From contig OZ250139.1 of the NCBI GenBank assembly GCA_965237405.1, positions 957,858-1,021,857 on the forward strand: a stretch of 64,000 nt of DNA, in the 5' to 3' direction. Below, piece after piece: positions 60,011-64,000 of this stretch (within the stretch, counting starts at the first letter, position 1; each line of letters starts with the position of its first letter). This DNA comes from Vicinamibacterales bacterium. GTDB taxonomy: Bacteria > Acidobacteriota > Vicinamibacteria > Vicinamibacterales > UBA8438. A model generated the notes under the pieces. It searched no databases. It was not told the DNA's origin and saw nothing but the letters and a program-made list of their open reading frames with translations. The translations under genes were made by a program, and so were the position numbers.

Positions 60011-60444
60011 ACGGCGGCGCCAGGCACTATACGAGTCGTGGCGAGGCCGAAACCATCGAAATCGGCCGCCAACTGGCCTCCATCCTGAGTGGCGGTACGA
60101 TCGTGCTGCTCTTTGGCGACCTTGGCGCCGGAAAGACGACCTTCGTACGGGGTGTGGTGGAGGCCGCCGGCGGGTCACCTGATGAGGTTTCGAGCCCGAC
60201 GTTCACCTTGGTTCAGCCGTACTCCGGCACACTCACCGTACAACACGTCGACCTTTATCGCGTTCAGCCATCGGACGTTGACGACCTCGGACTGACCGAA
60301 TATTCCACGCCCTCCTCGATTGTCGTAATCGAATGGGCTGACCGACTGCCACGTGCGCCAAAAAACGCCATCCGGGTCTGGATCGAAGACCGGGGAGGCG
60401 ACCACCGAGACGTCAAGATCGAGTTCCCTGCCTCAGAGCCTTAG
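60007..60444 (+). CDS. tsaE: tRNA t6A biosynthesis ATPase TsaE
   Basis: GDLGAGKTTFVRG P-loop, SPTFTLV and HVDLYR motifs. ATGA overlap with nnr. Confidence 0.85.
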   Translation: MNGGARHYTSRGEAETIEIGRQLASILSGGTIVLLFGDLGAGKTTFVRGVVEAAGGSPDEVSSPTFTLVQPYSGTLTVQHVDLYRVQPSDVDDLGLTEYSTPSSIVVIEWADRLPRAPKNAIRVWIEDRGGDHRDVKIEFPASEP

Positions 60445-60459
60445 GGATTCGTTGCAACG

Positions 60460-61998
60460 TTACTCGCTGCGATAGTTAGGTGCTTCCTTAGTGATTACGA
60501 CATCGTGCACATGACCTTCGCGAACGCCGGCTAGCGTGATTCGAATGAACTGCGCGCGTTCCTGAAGTCCACTGACCGACTCTGCCCCGCAGTACCCCAT
60601 ACCAGCCCGTAGTCCACCGACGAGCTGATGAATCATCGCCGCCACGCCGCCCTTGTGCGGTACGCGACCTTCGATTCCCTCAGGCACCAACTTCTGAGCG
60701 CTGTCATCGGCCGCCGCCCTCTCCAAATTAAACTCTTCCTGAAAATAGCGATCGAGGCTTCCCCGGTGCATTGCGCCGATCGACCCCATGCCGCGGTAGT
60801 CCTTGAAGCTTCGTCCCTGAAACAAAATGAGCTCGCCGGGGCTCTCGTCTGTGCCAGCGAACAAGCTCCCGATCATCACAGCATTCGCACCTAAGGCCAT
60901 AGCCTTAGTGATATCGCCCGAGTAACGCACGCCGCCATCGGCGATAATTGGAATGTCGTGGGGCTTAGCTGCACGCGCGCAGGCCATGACCGCACTGACC
61001 ATCGGCACCCCGATTCCAGCCACAACCCGCGTGGTGCAGATCGAACCCGAGCCTATGCCAACCTTGACGGCATCTACTCCGGCATCGATAAGAGCGAGCA
61101 CCCCCTCTTCGGTCGCCACGTTACCTGCCACAATATCAACGGATGGAAACTCACTACGGAGACGCCGTGCCATGTCAATCACGTTCTGAGAATGACCGTG
61201 CGCGCTATCGAGGACCAAGACATCAACGTTGACAGCAACCAGTGCTTCAGCCCGCTCAATCGTGTCGTGGACAATGCCGACGGCGGCTCCTACACGGAGG
61301 CGGCCTAGCGAGTCCTTGCACGCGTGGGGATACTTGATGGCCTTTTGAATGTCCTTGACTGTGATGAGACCGCGTAAGTTGTAGTCGGCATCGACCACGA
61401 GAAGCTTTTCGACTCGATGACGGTGCAGGATGGCCTTGGCCTCGTCCAGCGTGGTGCCAGTGGGCACGGTAATTAACTCGTCACGGGTCATAACCTCCGA
61501 GATAGGGCGATGGACGTCACCATGAAAACGGAGATCACGGTTCGTCAGGATGCCAACCAGCTTCCCTTCGTTACGACCGTCTTCGGTAATCGGTACTCCG
61601 GAGATGCGGTACTTCTTCATCAACTCAAGCGCTTGAAAGATGCTGCTTTCGGGCGAAAGGGTAATCGGATTAACGATCATCCCGCTCTCTGATCGTTTGA
61701 CACGGTCAACCTCGGAAGCTTGATCGGAAATCTCCAGGTTCTTGTGAATGATCCCCATTCCACCGAGCTGCGCCATGGCGATCGCCATATGCGATTCGGT
61801 GACGGTATCCATAGCGGCACTCACCAGTGGAACGTTGAGTGAGATGTTTCGGGTAAACCGACCCGAGACATCAACCCCACTAGGGAGCACCCGCGAATGT
61901 TGCGGTACTAGTAATATGTCATCGAACGTAAGGGCCATTTTTATCGTGGCCGCGGTGTCCCCAACCAACGATTCTTCCGCGTCAGCTTTGAGTTTCAT
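60460..61998 (-). CDS. guaB: IMP dehydrogenase
   Basis: [14 protein letters not shown], a CBS pair, [11 protein letters not shown] catalytic loop, and GGVRYSGD. The start is either ATG 61998 (2 nt after the secA stop) or ATG 61938. Confidence 0.93.
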   Translation of the reverse strand: MKLKADAEESLVGDTAATIKMALTFDDILLVPQHSRVLPSGVDVSGRFTRNISLNVPLVSAAMDTVTESHMAIAMAQLGGMGIIHKNLEISDQASEVDRVKRSESGMIVNPITLSPESSIFQALELMKKYRISGVPITEDGRNEGKLVGILTNRDLRFHGDVHRPISEVMTRDELITVPTGTTLDEAKAILHRHRVEKLLVVDADYNLRGLITVKDIQKAIKYPHACKDSLGRLRVGAAVGIVHDTIERAEALVAVNVDVLVLDSAHGHSQNVIDMARRLRSEFPSVDIVAGNVATEEGVLALIDAGVDAVKVGIGSGSICTTRVVAGIGVPMVSAVMACARAAKPHDIPIIADGGVRYSGDITKAMALGANAVMIGSLFAGTDESPGELILFQGRSFKDYRGMGSIGAMHRGSLDRYFQEEFNLERAAADDSAQKLVPEGIEGRVPHKGGVAAMIHQLVGGLRAGMGYCGAESVSGLQERAQFIRITLAGVREGHVHDVVITKEAPNYRSE

Positions 61999-62000
61999 AA

Positions 62001-64000
62001 TCACGCCCCATGACACTTCTTGTACTTCTTGCCGCTCCCACATGGGCACGGCTCGTTCCGCCCGACCTTCGCAGCATCCCGCCGAACCGTCTTCACCGCG
62101 GCGTCATCGCCACCGGTCCTCGCCGGTCTCGGTGCTGCCCGACCGCCGACAGCAACGCCAGCACCCGAGAGAGTGCCCGCCCGGGGTTCGCTATATGACA
62201 AAGGAGTCGCACGACGCAGCAAGGATCCCTCAGCCATAGAGACACCACCTTCCTTTGCGACTGGTCGAAGACGCCACAGATATTTCACCGACTCTTCGTC
62301 GATTCGTTTCTTCATTCCCTGGAACATCGTGAAACTCTCACGCTTGTACTCGACGAGAGGATCGCGCTGCCCGTACCCCCGGAGGCTAATGCCTTCCTTT
62401 AAATGATCGAGGCCGTAAAGATGGTCCTTCCACTGGACATCGACAACCTGAAGCATTATGTCGCGCTCCACGCGTCGTAAGACCCCGTCATCGATGGAAA
62501 TATCCTTCTCGCGGTGTTTCGTACGCGCCATCTCCCATAGGAGATCGTGAATTTCTTGGTCACCCTTCTCATCGAGATCCAGCGTCTCGAGCTGATTCGC
62601 CTCGAGACCAAAGAGCTCGCCAATGCGCTTCTTCAGCGCGTCAATATCCCATTCTTCCGGCTCCACTTCTTTGCCACAGTAGGTCATTACCTGCTCATCG
62701 ACGAGCCCCTCCGCAAGCTGCATCAAGTACTCGCGGCTATCGACCTCCTCTATCTCGCCGTCTTCCTCGAAACGAATCTTTCCCTCAAGCAGTTCGCGAC
62801 GAAGCTCGTACACGTTCTCACGCTGCTTGTTCATCACATCGTCGTACTCGAGCAGATGTTTGCGGACCGCGAAGTGCTGGGCTTCGACCTGCTTTTGGGC
62901 TCGTTCGATGGCGCGGGTCACCATCTTGTGTTCAATCGGAACATCCTTCTCCATGCCCAGCCGATCCATGAGTCCAGAAATTCGGTCGGATCCGAAGATC
63001 CGCATCAGATCGTCCTCGAGCGAGAGATAAAACCGCGATGAACCTGGATCGCCCTGACGACCGGACCGGCCTCGTAATTGATTGTCGATTCGACGGGCCT
63101 CGTGCCGTTCCGTCCCAATAATATGGAGGCCACCGGCGTTGACCACCTCCGTGTGCTCGGTGTCCGTCTGTGCCTTGAAGTGAGTGAAAATCCGATCCCA
63201 ATCTAGACGCGCGGTTCGGTAGCAGAGATCTTCTTGGGAAAAGTATACGAACGACTCGTCATCGACGACACGGAAGTCGGCCATGGGAACCTCCTCGGCC
63301 ACGCCCTCCTTGAGTGCCTGCTGGCGCGCCATGTACTCGGAATTGCCCCCAAGCAGGATGTCGGTTCCACGGCCCGCCATGTTGGTCGCGATCGTCACGG
63401 TGCCCTTACGCCCGGCTTGGGCCACGATCTCGGCCTCGCGTTCATGGTACTTGGCGTTCAGAACGACATGGCGGATCCCGCTGCGCTTCAAAATAGCCGA
63501 CAGACGCTCGGATTTCTCTATTGAAACGGTGCCGCAGAGAACCGGGCGACCCTGGTCTTGCTTTTCACCGATGTCTCGTGCGATCGCTCGATACTTTTCG
63601 TCGGGCGTCTTGTAGATTGCATCAGCCTCCTCGATCCTCTTGAGTGGCCGGTTGGTCGGAACAACCACCACGTCGAGCTCGTAGATTTTGGCGAACTCTG
63701 ACGCTTCCGTCTCGGCGGTCCCCGTCATGCCAGACAGCTTGTCGTATTTTCGGAAGTAGTTCTGGAACGTGATCGTCGCGAGCGTCTGGTTCTCGCGCTC
63801 GATTTTTACCTTTTCTTTGGCCTCCACCGCCTGATGAAGACCATCACCCCACCGGCGGCCGGGCATCAGGCGACCCGTAAACTCATCGACGATGACGACA
63901 TGTCCCTCCTTGACCATGTAGTCGACGTCGCAGCGAAACAGGACGTGGGCACGCAACGCTTGGTTGATATGGTGTAGCAGGGGCATGTTGACCGGGTCGT
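62001..64000 (-). CDS. secA: Preprotein translocase ATPase SecA, partial (N-terminal ~300 aa outside window)
   Basis: [49 protein letters not shown], and the C-terminal zinc motif [14 protein letters not shown]. The frame remains open to the window end. Confidence 0.95.
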   Translation of the reverse strand, partial: DPVNMPLLHHINQALRAHVLFRCDVDYMVKEGHVVIVDEFTGRLMPGRRWGDGLHQAVEAKEKVKIERENQTLATITFQNYFRKYDKLSGMTGTAETEASEFAKIYELDVVVVPTNRPLKRIEEADAIYKTPDEKYRAIARDIGEKQDQGRPVLCGTVSIEKSERLSAILKRSGIRHVVLNAKYHEREAEIVAQAGRKGTVTIATNMAGRGTDILLGGNSEYMARQQALKEGVAEEVPMADFRVVDDESFVYFSQEDLCYRTARLDWDRIFTHFKAQTDTEHTEVVNAGGLHIIGTERHEARRIDNQLRGRSGRQGDPGSSRFYLSLEDDLMRIFGSDRISGLMDRLGMEKDVPIEHKMVTRAIERAQKQVEAQHFAVRKHLLEYDDVMNKQRENVYELRRELLEGKIRFEEDGEIEEVDSREYLMQLAEGLVDEQVMTYCGKEVEPEEWDIDALKKRIGELFGLEANQLETLDLDEKGDQEIHDLLWEMARTKHREKDISIDDGVLRRVERDIMLQVVDVQWKDHLYGLDHLKEGISLRGYGQRDPLVEYKRESFTMFQGMKKRIDEESVKYLWRLRPVAKEGGVSMAEGSLLRRATPLSYSEPRAGTLSGAGVAVGGRAAPRPARTGGDDAAVKTVRRDAAKVGRNEPCPCGSGKKYKKCHGA

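Overview
This 64-kb chromosomal window has moderately high GC and comes from a diderm-type bacterium, judged from TonB, FtsB, PgpA, SecA and a lipoprotein signal. The gene content resembles soil Acidobacteriota-like genomes, but that is an impression and not a verified assignment. About 55 genes are supportable and most are housekeeping. They include ispH, an ECF sigma/anti-sigma pair, pckA, gatB, rnr-selB, groES-groEL with a CIRCE-like operator, purC, nrdR and ntrY/ntrX-like genes. A roughly 8.7-kb co-directional run follows: pgpA-cinA-plsY-gpsA-ftsY-ribD-ribE-ribBA. The remainder includes rnc, purA, an ACE-like M2 peptidase, lctP, gcvT-gcvH-gcvP, nnr-tsaE, guaB and a partial secA. Two accessory or decaying patches interrupt this. 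Patch 1 (33.3-40.7 kb) lies between the end of the rib operon and the 3' end of an initiator tRNA-Met. It holds an ORF-poor gap, a small secreted Rap1a/Tai4-like (T6SS-immunity-type) protein, a PQQ dehydrogenase, a CxxCH-protein pseudogene with four in-frame stops, an IS3-family element with 4-bp CCTA target duplications, a DEDDh exonuclease, and a dense cluster of perfect inverted repeats. Patch 2 (50.2-53.1 kb) holds an IS1182/IS5-type element and apparently degraded DNA upstream of gcvT. I found no convincing multi-gene novel system such as CRISPR, a retron, or a recognisable defence operon. The most unusual single observations are an apparently decaying ftsY, a DUF2007-like N-terminal extension fused in frame to RNase III, an orphan AAA/wHTH ATPase whose Walker A lysine is replaced by arginine, the orphan immunity-like gene, and the inverted-repeat cluster next to the tRNA. 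All family assignments rest on motif recognition by eye and no database search was run.
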